A stretch of DNA of 63,967 nt, counting the filler, from Octopus bimaculoides (taxonomy: Eukaryota), in the NCBI RefSeq assembly GCF_001194135.2. It is 3 parts of 3 records of this genome, joined end to end, with 100 filler letters (N's around TTAATTAATTAA, not from the genome) between each part and the next. Parts side by side here need not be neighbours in the genome. Positions count along the whole stretch, not along the records: positions 30,916 to 56,603 come from NC_068988.1; 2 more parts are not named here. One strand, 5' to 3'. Each line of letters begins with the position of its first letter. Position 1 is the stretch's first letter. A program made the position numbers and the translations under genes. A model generated the notes under the pieces. It ran no database searches, was not told the origin of the DNA, and worked only from the letters and a program-made list of their open reading frames with translations. Of the stretch, positions 36,413-49,745 are shown piece after piece.

Positions 36413-36882
36413 CACATACACACACATACACACACACACACAAATGTATATATACATAGATACACATACATATATTATGCATACTTACACACATACATAC
36501 ACATACATACACGCACACATATAAATGCATGTATGTATGTGTGTTTGTATCCATAATTTTCGATTAGTTTTGTCTCATTGAGATTTCGTATTTCCTCCAT
36601 TAATGCAACAAGGACATAATAACTTGTCGCTATTTCTGGATAAACATAGAAGCAAACCCCCTCTCCCTTGCTCAATACCAAAGCCTTCTTCCTTGGTAAA
36701 AGGTGAAGGAAAGGAAACAAATCGACAGAGGAAATACTTTCGATATATATCCATAAATGTCTGAGTTATGTTATCTAGTTATGGACTGAAGAAGTTCTAG
36801 AAATATTATCTCCAGAAAAAAAAAAAAACAAAAAAACACAAACTCATAAATACGTAGATGTGCACACACACGCGCGCGCACG

Positions 36883-36931
<49 letters not shown>

Positions 36932-37102
36932 ACATATATTCGTTAAACCTACACTCGTGTCTGTGTAAAGTGAATGCGTGTATATATGCGTATGCATATG
37001 TTTGTCTGATTGTGAGATGCGCAGATACCTGTGTGTGCGTGTGCGTGCATGCGCGCATGTGTGTGTGTGCGCTTGTGTATATGTATGTACACACACAGAC
37101 AG

Positions 37103-37139
<37 letters not shown>

Positions 37140-37454
37140 NNNNNNNNNNNNNNNNNNNNNNNNNNNNNNNNNNNNNNNNNNNNNNNNNNNNNNNNNNNNN
37201 NNNNNNNNNNNNNNNNNNNNNNNNNNNNNNNNNNNNNNNNNNNNNNNNNNNNNNNNNNNNNNNNNNNNNNNNNNNNNNNNNNNNNNNNNNNNNNNNNNNN
37301 NNNNNNNNNNNNNNNNNNNNNNNNNNNNNNNNNNNNNNNNNNNNNNNNNNNNNNNNNNNNNNNNNNNNNNNNNNNNNNNNNNNNNNNNNNNNNNATATAG
37401 GTCTGTGTGTGTATGTATGTATGTATAACAGTAATTAATATGACCAACTGTGAT

Positions 37455-37635
37455 AAGGCGGCGAGCTGGCAGAAACGTTAGCACGCCGGGCGAAATGCTT
37501 AGCGGTATTTCGTCTGCCGCTACGTTCTGAGTTCAAATTCCGCCGAGGTCGACTTTGCCTTTCATCCTTACGCACTGAGGTCGATGTAATCGATTTAATT
37601 CCCTTGTTTGTCCCCTATATTTTTGGCCCCTTGTG
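37455..37635 (+). mobile_element. SINE family A, young, internal deletion
   Basis: Intact head AAGGCGGCGAGCTGGCAGAAACGTTAGC; deletion at CATCCTT|ACGCACTG. Confidence 0.92.
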
Positions 37636-37914
37636 ACTAAGTAACAACAAAAGCAACACCAACAAAACAGCAGCAGCATCAGCAATAACAACAATGGTAA
37701 CAGCTGTAACTGTCAATAGAGCCCCCTTCCGAAAAATACTGACTATTCTAATCAAACTATAGAAGTACAGTTAGCCGTCATTTACGATGTAGGTAAGGGT
37801 TAGAGCCATGGATTAGATTTTCGTTCATTGTTTTAGGTGTCAATGTAGCTACGAACAAATATGGACAGCTTCTCGGCTTTTAATTCAGCGGAACATCTTG
37901 AATGTGAAAACTGG

Positions 37915-38075
37915 GAGATGTAAGCAAACTGAGCTGGTACTCATTTGCAGCTGAGTGAACCGAAGCAAAGTGAAACGAAGCGCCTTGGACAGATAAACAA
38001 CGTTCCGCCTTCTCCGGGATTTGAACAGACGATCTTATGATCCCAAGCCGAACGCTTTAACCACTAGGCTAAGCA
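37915..38075 (-). mobile_element. SINE family D/E head, degenerate
   Basis: Reverse TAGCCTAGTGGTTAAAGCG...GTTCAAATCCCGG and CAGCTGCAAATGAGTACCAGC. Confidence 0.55.
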
Positions 38076-38128
38076 GATATAATTCACTTAAAATAGAGTC
38101 AGGAAATAAATAACGCAGGAAATAAATA

Positions 38129-38520
38129 GGCGCAGGAGTGGCTGTGTGGTAAGTAGCTTGATTACCAACCACATTGTTCTTAGTTCAGTCCCACTGCGTG
38201 GAACCTTGGGCATGTGTCTTCTACTATAGCCTCGGGCCGACCAAAGCCTTGTAAGTGGATTTGGTAGACGGAAACTGGAAGAAGCCTGTCGTATATAAGT
38301 ATATATATATGTGTGTGTTTGTGTGTCTGTGTTTGTCCCCTCGCCGTCGCTTGACAACCGATGCTGGTGTGTTTACGTCCCCGTAACTTAGTGGTTCGGC
38401 AAAAAGAGACCGATAGAATAAGTACTAGGCTTACAAAGAATAAGTCCAGGGGTCGATTTGCTCGACTAAAGGCGGTGCTCCAGCATGGCCGCAGTCAAAT
38501 GACTGAAACAAGTAAAAGAG
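38129..38520 (+). mobile_element. SINE family B, full length
   Basis: A box TGGCTGTGTGG, B box AGTTCAGTCCC, CCTTGGGCA core, internal TA/TG run, tail ending CAGTCAAATGACTGAAACAAGTAAAAGAG. Confidence 0.92.
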
Positions 38521-38524
38521 TAAT

Positions 38525-39060
38525 CACTCACTCTTCTGAAAATAGCGGATGGTCATGGTCGGAATGGCTATGATCATATATGTATTCAATCAATATTGGT
38601 TGGCTTTGGGATAAAAAAACGACAGGAGTAAATACATCTGAAGGAGATGTATATGCTCAGCAAGAACTCAATATGATGGATGAATAAATGGAAGAGGTAT
38701 GGCTCTAAGGCAGTGGGGAGCAAGAAATAATATTATTCAGAAAAAGAATTTTCTGAGTAAATGGAAGAAAAGACAATTACGTTCAGATGCATATCCAACA
38801 AGAACAAGACAGATCGATTTTAAAAGCAGCCTACGGCAGATTCCAGTCACGCAAATTCTATATGAGGAGGGGGTTCTTTGGATTAGTGAACGTAAATTTT
38901 TCACTCGGAAGAACAGGCAAGGAATGAAGAAAAACACTGCAATAATGGTAATACTGCGTGTTAGAAAAGTTCAAGACAGTGCATCTTTGTAGAGGTAAAA
39001 GTTCTATTAGGGTTTATAACAATGGCAGAAGCAGCAGATATAATTCATTGTATGATTATG
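38525..39060 (+). pseudogene. Possible R4/Dong-like LINE relic (post-RT region)
   Basis: FLSKWKKRQLRSDAYP...DFKSSL...EEGVL...FTRK loosely resembles KWKEK.LHGQY...E.EG.L...TR. Confidence 0.35.
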
Positions 39061-39079
39061 TCTACATAATATATAGTGG

Positions 39080-39345
39080 TTGACCGGCAGAATCGATAGA
39101 GTGTTGGGCGAATTACTTTGTATTATTTATTTGGGTATGAGATCTTATAGTCTGAATTCAAAGCCCGACGAACTTAACATTGCCTTTCGTCTTTTGAAAT
39201 CGATAAAATAAAGTAAGTCAGGTACTGGGGTCAATGGTATGGATTAATCCTTAAGATCAAAATTACAGGTGTTGTACCCAAATTAGGAATAACACCGCTA
39301 AGCATTTCGTCCAGCGTGTTAACGCTTCTGTCAGTTCGCCGCCTT
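39080..39345. mobile_element. Degenerate family A SINE (+) abutting an inverted family A head fragment (-)
   Basis: GGCAGAATCGATAG...GCCTTTCGTC core; ACCGCTAAGCATTTCG...TTCGCCGCCTT. Confidence 0.6.
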
Positions 39346-39574
39346 TCTATAGTGAAATATATCAACAATAATACAAATAAAACGCTGACTTCTGTGGCTG
39401 TTTGCTGTTGACGAGTCTGCTAGATGACGAGCAAGATCGGAAGCTGCGGTGCCATCCATTTTGCAAGAGACATGCTTTTTTGCATCGTCCTATCAAATTA
39501 TTCGGAGTGGAAGAGATGTAAAAAGGGGTTTATAGTCTGCCTCGACAGTTGCCAAACTCTCAAAGGAATTGGTA

Positions 39575-39880
39575 ACGTTGTCTCTAGCACCTCGTCAGTT
39601 ACGACGACAAGGGTTCCGGTTGATCCGATCAACGGAACAGCCTACTCGTGAAATTAACGTGCAAGTGGCTGAGTACTCCGCAGACACGCATATCCTTAAC
39701 GTAGCTCTCAGGGAAGTTCAATGTGACTCGGAATGTGATAAGGCTGGTCTTTGATATACAGACACCACTCATTTTTTTTTCAGTTAAAGTATTTTGCTCA
39801 AAGACAGAACACGCTGACAGGAACCGAGCTCACGAACATACGATTGTGAGCCGAATACCCTAAACACTAAGACACGAAAT
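39575..39880 (-). mobile_element. SINE family E (D-like head, family C tail)
   Basis: Tail matches 7290-7388; head matches 42484-42560. Confidence 0.75.
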
Positions 39881-39899
39881 TAGTTGCCCAACACGTATA

Positions 39900-40113
39900 C
39901 GCTTATATATACAACGGCTTCTTTCAGTTTTCGTCTACCAAATTTACTCACAAGGCTTTGGTNNNNNNNNNNCGTCTACCAAATTTACTCACAAGGCTTT
40001 GGTCGGCCCGAGGCCATAGCAGAAGACACTTGCCCAAGGTGCCACGCAGTGGGAATGAACCCAGAAACATGTGCTTGTTAAGCAATCTACTTACCATACA
40101 GCCACACCTGCGC
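39900..40113 (-). mobile_element. SINE family B head
   Basis: Reverse match to 38129-38290. Confidence 0.88.
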
Positions 40114-40409
40114 TTATATACACACATACTAATAAGCAGTCACATAGACACATAACATTCACAATTAAAGTATTTTTTTACCACGGAAAGTTTTGCTCTC
40201 CTCAAGAAAGCATCCAATTTATTCGCGCTCCAATCTTGTCTTGCTCTCAGCCACTTTTTCTTTATGAACTTCGCCCCACACCCTCTCCCTACTTTAACTA
40301 TCTGCCTACCTGCTTACTCTCTTTCTCAGCCATTAACACTTTCTTTTCTTTCATTCTTTCTTTATATCTTTCTTTCTTTCTTTCTTTCTTTCTTACAACC
40401 TGTCACTCA

Positions 40410-40550
40410 GCATGTATGTATGTATATATGTATGTATGTATGCATTATGTATGTATGTATATATGTATGCATGTATGCGTGCATGTATATCTGCATATAT
40501 GTATGTATATTTGCATATATGTATCTATGTACATACGTATCTATCTATCC

Positions 40551-40599
<49 letters not shown>

Positions 40600-40636
40600 C
40601 CTGCTTGCCTGCCTACCTGCCTGTCTGCCTACCCGC

Positions 40637-40688
<52 letters not shown>

Positions 40689-40690
40689 GT
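40410..40690. repeat. (TATG)n and (TCTA)n compound microsatellite
   Basis: Direct reading. Confidence 0.9.
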
Positions 40691-41129
40691 CTCCCTCTCG
40701 CTCTGTCCGCCTTCTCCCCCCTCTCTCTCTTTAAACCTCCACCGCTCCGCCTCTTCTCCTCGATCTTTCAATCCACCTACCTCTACCATCTCTTCATTTA
40801 TACCCACACAATACTCAAAGCGAGACTCTACACCATGAAGAAAACTTCCCCATTAATTGGCTGATTACAAATCGCTATTGAATCTGGCAATTGTAGTGCA
40901 AGGCACTAAATTGACAAATGAAATCTTTATAAAAATGCTGTCCAGAAGATCGTGTTGATAGCACAGAAAAGCACCTGGAGACAAGGGGGATAACAAAAGT
41001 TATATTCGACGGCCCGGAGAAACGGCAGCTGCTGCAGCACACTGTCACATCCCGACCATTGTCTTCGAATAAGTTCAATATTCAGACGTTCTTACACTGG
41101 GTGTTGTAACATTATAATTGGCTGGAAGT

Positions 41130-41486
41130 ACAAGCTTTGTGCTGGTGATAGTGGTGATGTTTGTAGTGGTGGTCGTGGTTTTGGTTGTGGTTGTGGTTGT
41201 AGTTGGTTAATGTTGTTGGCTGTGGTGGTGGTAGTTACATTGATGTGTGTGGTAGTTGTGTTATTGTTGTTGTTGTTGACTGTGATTCGACGATAATGGT
41301 AGCGATGGATGGCGGCGGTGGTGGTGGTGGTGGTGTTGATGGTAATGGCTGTGGCGGTTGTGGTGGTAGTGACGATGGCTTGACGATGATGGCAGTGATG
41401 GTGGTGGAGGTGGTGGCAGTGGTGCTGGTGAAGATGGTGGTGCTGGTGGGGGTGGGGGGGATAACGATATGATGCGTTGATGATGG

Positions 41487-41535
<49 letters not shown>

Positions 41536-41860
41536 GATGATGATGATGGTGGTGTTGGTGATGGTGTGTTGGTAGTGTTGACATTGGCAATGTGGTAGGA
41601 TGAAAATGATGGTGGTGGGAGCGGTGGCAATATGTTGAGCTGATGATGTCGGTGGCGATGTTGATGACAGCATTATCATGAGATGATGACACAGGCGGGT
41701 AGCAATATTATAAATATCCTGATGACAAAGGTGATATGCTTGTGGAGATGATAATAATGTTGGTGTTGTTGTAGTTAGTGGTGGTGGTCATGCTGGGGAT
41801 GACTGCAATATGTTGTGGTGTTGGTGGTGGTGGTGGTGGTCATATCTGTAGCGGACGTTC
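41130..41860. repeat. Mixed (GGT)/(GAT)/(GTT) triplet low-complexity tract
   Basis: Direct reading; yields poly-His/Thr/Pro/Ser in minus-strand frames. Confidence 0.9.
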
Positions 41861-41958
41861 TGGTATACGAAAATGGTAGTGATAGAAACTTGTCTTTATT
41901 GTTTCATTGTGGTTTTATTGTTGATATATTTACTTAATACCAGACAATCTAATGTTTC

Positions 41959-42189
41959 TTATTTCTTTATTGCCCACAAGGGGGCTAAACATAGAGGGGA
42001 CAAACAAGGAGAGACAAAGGGATTAAGTCGATTACATCGACCCCAGTACGTAACTGGTACTTAATTTATCGACCCCGAAAAGATGAAAGACAAAGTCGAC
42101 CTCGGCGGAATTTGAACTCAGAACGTAACGGCAGACGAAATACCGCTAAGCATTTTGCCCGGCGTGCTAACGCTTCCGCTAGCTTGCCA
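41959..42189 (-). mobile_element. SINE family A, young
   Basis: Near-identical to 653-845, with head. Confidence 0.92.
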
Positions 42190-42483
42190 CATGTAAACCT
42201 GACAAGTCTCTTTCAGTTACTGACTACCAAATCCACTTACAAAACTCTAGTCGGCCGCCCTTGGTTATAATGGAAGACATTTGACGAAATTTCCACGCAG
42301 TCTTCTTACCACACAACCACACCTGTATTGTAGGTATTGTATTGGATTAAAGGTGATACAAAGCCGGTCTGCTGGTGTTTCCCTCTGCAGTGAGCATCCA
42401 GTTAAATTCTTTGGGATCTATTAACTAGTGATTTAAGCATAATAACGGCCAGTGTGTAATGACCAGCGCGCGCGTGTGTGTAG

Positions 42484-42799
42484 TGAAGGCGGGTGGCTTA
42501 GCTGTTAGGGTATTCGACCCACTATCGTAAGGTTGTGAGTTCGATTCCTGGAGGCGCGTTGTATTCTTGCTCAAGACACTTTATTTAACTTTGCTTCAGC
42601 CCATTCAGCTGACAGAAATGAATAGTACCTGCAATTCAAAAGGGCCAATCCTTGCCACATTCTGTGTCACACTGAATCTCTCTGAAGACTACGTGTATCT
42701 GTGGAATGCTCAGCCACTTGCACGTTAATTTCAAGAGCGAGGCTGTTCCGTTGATCGGATCAACTGGAACATTCGTCGTCGTAACAGACGGAATGCCAG
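42484..42799 (+). mobile_element. SINE family E
   Basis: A box TGGCTTAGCTG, B box GAGTTCGATTCC, CTTGCTCAAGACACTT domain, family C tail. Confidence 0.8.
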
Positions 42800-42954
42800 A
42801 GTGTGTATATGTGTGTGTGTGTGAGTGTGTTTATGAGTGTATGAGTGTGTTTGTGTATGTGAGGCAATATCACCGAAAATGGGTGAGAGATAGACGTTCC
42901 TACAAAGTCGGGTGAACGAGCCACAAATCTTGATAAGTCTAAATTGAGGATTAA

Positions 42955-43046
42955 TCCTTTCTTTCTTCCTCTCTTCCTTTCTTTATTTCTTTCTTTCTTT
43001 CTTTATCTATCTATCTATCTTCTCTTCTCTTCTTTCTTTCTTTTTT

Positions 43047-43090
<44 letters not shown>

Positions 43091-43355
43091 TCCTTCTTTC
43101 TTTCTTTCTTTCTTTCTTTCCTTTTTTCTTTCTTCCTTCCTTCCTTCTTTCCTTTCTTCCTTCCTTCTTTCCTTTATTCCTTCCTTCTTTCCTTTCTTCC
43201 TTCCTTCTTTCCTTTCTTCCTTCCTTCTTTCGTTTCTTCCTTCCTTTCTTAATCCCTCCCTCCCCCGCCTTCCTTCCTTCCTTGCTTCCTTGCTTCCTTC
43301 ATTCCTTGCTTGCTTGCTTGCTTCCTTCCTTCCTTCCTTCCTTCCTTTTTTTCTT
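42955..43355. repeat. (TTTC)/(TTCC)n polypyrimidine tract
   Basis: Direct reading. Confidence 0.95.
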
Positions 43356-44156
43356 TTTATCATCCCCTGATAGCTATCAATGCGGCCTGCCAGTCCTTAA
43401 CGTTTACGTTCTACGTAGGTTTTCGTGGACGGCATTAATCGACGATTCAATTTACCAAAAAATTATCCGAAAAAACTATAATGAATTTCTGAAAAAAAAA
43501 CAAAACAAACAAACAAACAAACAAACAAACAAAAAAAAACAACAAAAAACTAAAAGCTCTTTTCAGGCGACTTTTATAGTCTGGAATTTAAGTCAGCAAA
43601 ACCGCAATGCCGTCAGCCTGATGTGTACGTTATGATGGCGGATCGACGAATCCTGTCTCCATGCGTTCGTTCAGTTTTCACTGATCTCTGACCTGATGAA
43701 GTGTAATTGCTACTATCACGTGTAGAACAGTTGGCTGTCAATTGAAAACCGTGAAAATCACTTTCCTACATTCCTTTTGCAGTCTCCCTTTGCATTGTAG
43801 CTCTCGTAGATTAGTTAGTGTGACGGACACAACTGGATTCTCATGAGGCACATTTGTGGCAATAATAATGGCTAATTACTCTCCAGGTTGTCAATTCTAC
43901 TTCACTTCAAGTCTCCTAAAAGGGATAAAAAAAAAATACAAATAAAAAGATGAAAAAAACAAAAAAGATTGAAAAAAGCAGAAAAAGATTTTCTTTTATT
44001 TTTTGTATTGCAAGTGGGGCTGCCAACCAATTTCAATAGACTAGTTAACATTTTGGGTACTGAAATTATTTCCCACAATTCTAGTGGTAATTTTTTCTAA
44101 AGTCTTGATATGGTAGAAGTACAGCCACAGTTCTTCTTAATATGAAGATATTCTCA

Positions 44157-44365
44157 GGGCGGCGAGCTGGCAGAATCGTTAGCACGCTGGGCAAAATACT
44201 TAGCGGCATTTCATCCGTCTTTACGTTCTGAGTTCAAATTCATCGAGGTCGTCTTCACTTTTCATCCTTTCGAGGGCGATAAAATAAGTACCAGTAAACT
44301 ACTGGGGTTGATGTAACCAATTTATCTCCTCCTCTGGAATTGATTGACTTTGTGCCAAACTTTGG
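44157..44365 (+). mobile_element. SINE family A
   Basis: Head and core match. Confidence 0.88.
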
Positions 44366-44459
44366 TTAATGAGGATCTTCTACCAGCAGTTTGTTCCAGA
44401 GATATTTCAGTGATATTTCTTTACGAAAAAACTGTGTACTGCCATCGCAGTTCATAAGC

Positions 44460-44625
44460 GCTGCTATGGCTGTGAGGTTAAAGAGTTTCAGTTGCCATCT
44501 CGTGGTTTCGGGTTCAGTCCTTCTGCGTTGCGCCTTGGGCAAGTGTCTTCTACTATAGCCCCTAACTGAATAATGTCTTGCGAGAGAATTTCGTAGGCGG
44601 AAACTGTGCGGAAACTCGTCATAAA
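44460..44625 (+). mobile_element. SINE family B head, diverged
   Basis: GGGTTCAGTCC...CCTTGGGCAAGTGTCTTCTACTATAGCC. Confidence 0.8.
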
Positions 44626-44968
44626 TATATATATACATACACGCAGATAGCCATATCTCAATGATGTTTATTTCACCGTTTCGTTTTCCTGTCTTGTTTT
44701 CCGTCCGCCACTACCCTCCACGAAAACAATTTAATTTGTGTTCGTGGGAAGAACCATTTTAACGATGCGTACTGCCTTAATTCTTCAAAACGCCGGAGTT
44801 TTAATGGTGGCAGCTGATGTTTCTATGTGGCCTGCTTGTTTGTTGCACCTTGTTTACCATTTTGTCCTTGTTCTTTTGCCACGTCATGTACCCAGTTATG
44901 TATCTATATGTACATGTAGATGAACGTATATACATACATGTACATATATATGCATATACTCATATATT

Positions 44969-45053
<85 letters not shown>

Positions 45054-45079
45054 CATACTTGTGTGTATGTGTGTATGTG

Positions 45080-45292
45080 TCTTTGTGTATGTTTTTGTCA
45101 CCCTCGGCTTCATAACCAGTGTTCATTTCTTTACACTGCCGTAAGCTAGCAGTTCAGCAAAATGGCCATACAGAGTAAATACCAGACTTTAAAACAAAAA
45201 CAGAATTTCTGGGATCGATCTGTTCGACTAAATCTGTTTAAACCAGTGCCCTAGCATGGCCGTAGTCCAATGACTGAAAAAAATAAAAGAGT
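45080..45292 (+). mobile_element. SINE family B tail, diverged
   Basis: TAGCATGGCCGTAGTCCAATGACTGAAA end. Confidence 0.65.
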
Positions 45293-46149
45293 TACAAGAT
45301 TTAAAAGACTCATGTCTTTTGTACGGAAAAAAATACTAGATTAATATTTGCTATTTTAATTTTGACACATTGTAACTATCTCTTTTTTTTTGTTTTGAGA
45401 GACAACAGGAAAGCATGTTCGTTTTCTTACAAGATTAGAAGTGTTCTTCAGAATATTGTACATAAAGACGATAATTGCAATTGTTACAAACTGTCTTAAG
45501 AATTAACAAATACTGTATCACCATGTAAGTATACATGATTATGAAAGATTGTCGCAACAGAATCACAGTATGTGCAAACTAGGGATATTTTCGCTGTAAA
45601 ATTGACAAGGGAGGGGCAAAGTGAAAGTGAAAATAAATTCACAATAAAATGTATAGAGATAGAATCTGCAAGATTTTTACAAACACATGTAACTGAGTAA
45701 GCAACCAACCAATGAAACAAAAAAATAAGTATATAAACACATAAGTAAATAAATCTATAGATACTGAGTATACATGCGAATACGCAAAGACATACGCTAA
45801 CATAATTAAACCTATACAAACATACGCATATATTATCATACATAGGCATATTTGCAACACACTGACCTATACATACACGTACGCACACACACACACACAC
45901 ACACATGCGCGCGTGCGTGCACAAATACAGCTAAACTCAGCCAAAGAAAGGAATCGAAGAAAAATTAAATGAATACGTTGAAAATACACACTTCCACAAA
46001 AAAATTTATTACCGCATAAAAATAAACGCACAAACACATTAAACACGCACACACACACGCACGTACACAGATAAACAGATAGGTATATAGATATAAACAT
46101 TTCGTTATATAAGATTGCATATGTATATATGTGAGCGTGTATATATAGA

Positions 46150-46241
<92 letters not shown>

Positions 46242-46580
46242 NNNNNNNNNNNNNNNNNNNNNNNNNNNNNNNNNNNNNNNNNNNNNNNNNNNNNNNNNNN
46301 NNNNNNNNNNNNNNNNNNNNNNNNNNNNNNNNNNNNNNNNNNNNNNNNNNNNNNNNNNNNNNNNNNNNNNNNNNNNNNNNNNNNNNNNNNNNNNNNNCAT
46401 ATATATATATATATATATATATACGTATACACATATACACATATACATATACACATATATATATATAAATATATATCTATACATACACACATATATATAC
46501 ACACACTCTCACATATATATGTATATATATATATATAAATATATATATATATGTATATATATATATGTATATGTATATGT

Positions 46581-46618
<38 letters not shown>

Positions 46619-47344
46619 TTACCGATACATACGCTCCACAATTTTCTTAGCACATACAAATTTGAACAAAACCACGAATTACGTACGTACCTGCAATGCA
46701 TACGCATACCTACATACACTTACTGTCACATACATGTAATTACATGCAAATACACACGTAAACGCATAAACATAGAGTAAAAAAAAAAAAGATTCCCTAC
46801 ATCCGTTCAAGATAAAAACAAAAGTAAGAAAATGGTGGAAGGAAGAAAAGCAAATTTTAAGATTTCATATCACGTTTTCAATCATTTCTATAGGAAAAAC
46901 TAATCCACGTCTCCAATATTTTGTATAAGTTTCAGATTGTACATGCTTTTTACTAAGTATGGAATTATAGATATATGATTAAATAACTTTAAATTTAGTG
47001 TTTTGGGATTGTCAGAGACAGGAAAAGTTTGGATTAGATTTAGATGGTTTATGATGTTCAGTTCGGAGCTGTGCGGTTCTGTGGGAGATATATTTTCCAC
47101 TGAGTCGATAAAAATATGCCAGAAGTTAATGTATGGATGAATCTCCGGGCAATAAGGGTAGAAGATATTACAGATACAGTGGGGTAGAAATTCAGGAAAA
47201 CATCTCTTGCAGTTTTTAAGCGTGTCTGTCTACGTTCTGAGTTCAAATCCTACTGGAGTCGTTTCTGCATGTTTTCATTCCTGAACGTTGATGAATACCG
47301 TACGAATAATGTAGTGAATCGAGGGCCTAACCTTCATCCTCATT

Positions 47345-47545
47345 ACGGATTCAAATTTTGTCACAAGGCCTGCAGTTTTAGGGAAGTGGGCAAGTCGATT
47401 ACATCGACCCCGAGGTTCAACTGGTACTTATTTTATCAACCTCGAAAGGCAAACTCAACCTCGGCGGAATTTGAACTTAGAACGTAAAGATGGACGAAAT
47501 GCTACTAAGCATTTCGTCCGGCACGCTAATGATTCTGTCAACTTT
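47345..47545 (-). mobile_element. SINE family A, preceded by a degenerate + strand copy at about 47200-47330
   Basis: Core and head match. Confidence 0.85.
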
Positions 47546-47829
47546 CCACATTAGCTTTTATCCTCATAACAAAAAGTGTGAACCGTTATCTGTGAACCGA
47601 ATATAATTAGTAGAATGCAAATATGATGTTGGTGATATTAGTTTTCAATAAATATATAAACGAGTATCTATATTCAAGTGGTTCCGATGTGAAATTAGGT
47701 TCACAGGGAACTTTTTGGCAATTTGAGATGAGTGTTGATCAGACTAGTTTCTTGTTCTTTAATAATTCATCAGAATTCGCTTAACTCTATGAACAAGCAT
47801 GTATGTATTTATGTATGCATATATGTATG

Positions 47830-48175
47830 AACCTGGGTTCAGTCCCACTGCGTGGCACCTTGCGCAAGTGTCTTCTACTATAGCCTCGGGCCGACCAGAG
47901 CCTTGTGAGTGGATTTGGTAGACAGAAACTGAAAGAAGCCCGTCGTATATATAAATATATATGTTTGTGTGTCCATGTTTGTCCCCCCAACATCGCTTGA
48001 CAACCGATGCTGGTGTGTTTACGTCCCCGTAACTTAGCGGTTCAGCAAAAGAGAACCGATAGAATAAGTACTAGGCTTACAAAGAATAAGTCATGAGGTC
48101 GATTTGTTCGACTAAAGGCGGTTTTCCAACATAGCCGCAGTCGATTGACTGAAACAAATAAAAGAATAAAAGAAA
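47830..48175 (+). mobile_element. SINE family B, 5'-truncated
   Basis: From the B box to the tail; matches 38180-38520. Confidence 0.92.
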
Positions 48176-48300
48176 AATATATACGTACAATATGGTATAA
48201 TTATAAACAGGGCAAATTTAAGCCATTTCTCCGCAGACTGAAAAAAATTTGAAAAAACTTAATCAGTTTTCGAACCTTATTGGGTTCTCATCAGAGGGGT

Positions 48301-48362
<62 letters not shown>

Positions 48363-48859
48363 CAGGGATGTGCCCACCTAGGCAGGCAAAGTAAGCAGTA
48401 CCTACCTTGAATAAAATAGATCGATAGCAATATTTTCCATTTATGGCAAAATATGCACTTAATTCAGTAAAATTATGAAGGTTACTCTGAATACTATGCA
48501 TAAAATTCAAAATATTCTAATTTTTGTAGATTTGGTAGGCGCAATTCGCCCCTCCCTTTCAAGCTCAGTATTAAAGCTACGCATAGTACTGCTCTAGTAC
48601 ATGTGCTGCGTACATTCCTACTACAACGTTTTCTTTACGTGCTATAAAGACAGAAGTAAATCTGCCTGCAACTCAGTTACGCGGCTGTTTGCTTATTTTT
48701 TGTGTGTTTTACTACATAAAGGTCACCAACTACCTACCCTGAGTAATTACTAAAATTATTTCAGGATATGTATGTATGCATGTATGCATGTATGTACGTA
48801 TGTATGTATGCATGTATGTATGTATAAATCTGAAAAGAATGTGGACGTGAGAGAACGGA

Positions 48860-49000
48860 AGAACTGACCCCAGTAAGGGACTGGTAGTTTATTTATCGAC
48901 TCCCCAAAAGATGAAAGACATATTTGACTCAGTGGGATTTAACTCAGTGCATAGAAGATTGGATTGAACACGACAAGGCATTTGTATCCGTAGCTCTAAT
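48860..49000 (-). mobile_element. SINE family A, degenerate
   Basis: GACTGGTAGTTTATTTATCGAC...AAAGATGAAAG. Confidence 0.55.
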
Positions 49001-49118
49001 GACAGCGCTAATTCTCAGACAGACGAAAGCCAAAGCCAGAGATGAGAGCATTTGAACTTGGAAATTAGAGGGACGTTGTCTAATACGCAAGTATTTAACT
49101 TACTGTTATGCTGATGTC

Positions 49119-49504
49119 GGTGGAGGCGCAATGGCCTAGTGGTTAGGGCAGCGGACAGGCGGTCGTAGGATCGCGGTTTCGATTCCCAGACCGGGTGTTG
49201 TGAGTGTTTGTTGAGCGAAAACGCCTACAGCCCCACGAAGCTCCGGTAGGGGATGGTGACGAACCCTGCTGTACTCTTTCACCACAACTTTCTCTCACTC
49301 TTACTTCCTGTTTCTGTTGTACCTGTATTTCAAAGGGGCCAGCCGTGTCACACTGTGTCACGTTGAATATCCCCTAGAACTACGTTAAGGGTACACGTGT
49401 CTGTGGAGTGCTCAGCCACTTGCACGTTAATTTCACGAGCAGTCTGTTCCGTTGATCGGATCAACTGGAACCCTCGACGTCGTAAGCGACGGAGTGTCAA
49501 CAAC
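49119..49504 (+). mobile_element. SINE family C, full length with TSD
   Basis: Near-identical to 7005-7388; CTGATGTC repeated on both flanks (AT[G/A]CTGATGTC, 11 bp with one mismatch). Confidence 0.92.
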
Positions 49505-49745
49505 ATACTGATGTCGAATCACTGCCATTATAAGTAAATAAAAACAAAATATTCCAACGAGGAAACGAGCGATTATATTGGTAAAATATTTTATTAGTCT
49601 CGAAAGGATAGCATGGAAATTAGTTGCACTATCGGAATTTGAACCCGGAACGTAAAGGAACGCAGTTAAATTCCACAAGGCACGTCATCCATTGCGTCAT
49701 CGATTTTGGTAAACCTGCACGATTTTAGAATAAATAATATCAATT

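Noticed and set aside
39930-40000. Tandem duplication CGTCTACCAAATTTACTCACAAGGCTTTGGT across a 10-N gap
   Set aside because: Typical unmerged contig overlap.
41092-41692. His/Pro/Thr/Ser-rich ORFs suggesting a reflectin-like or structural protein
   Set aside because: All frames are open because of triplet low complexity; no domain, splice or codon evidence.
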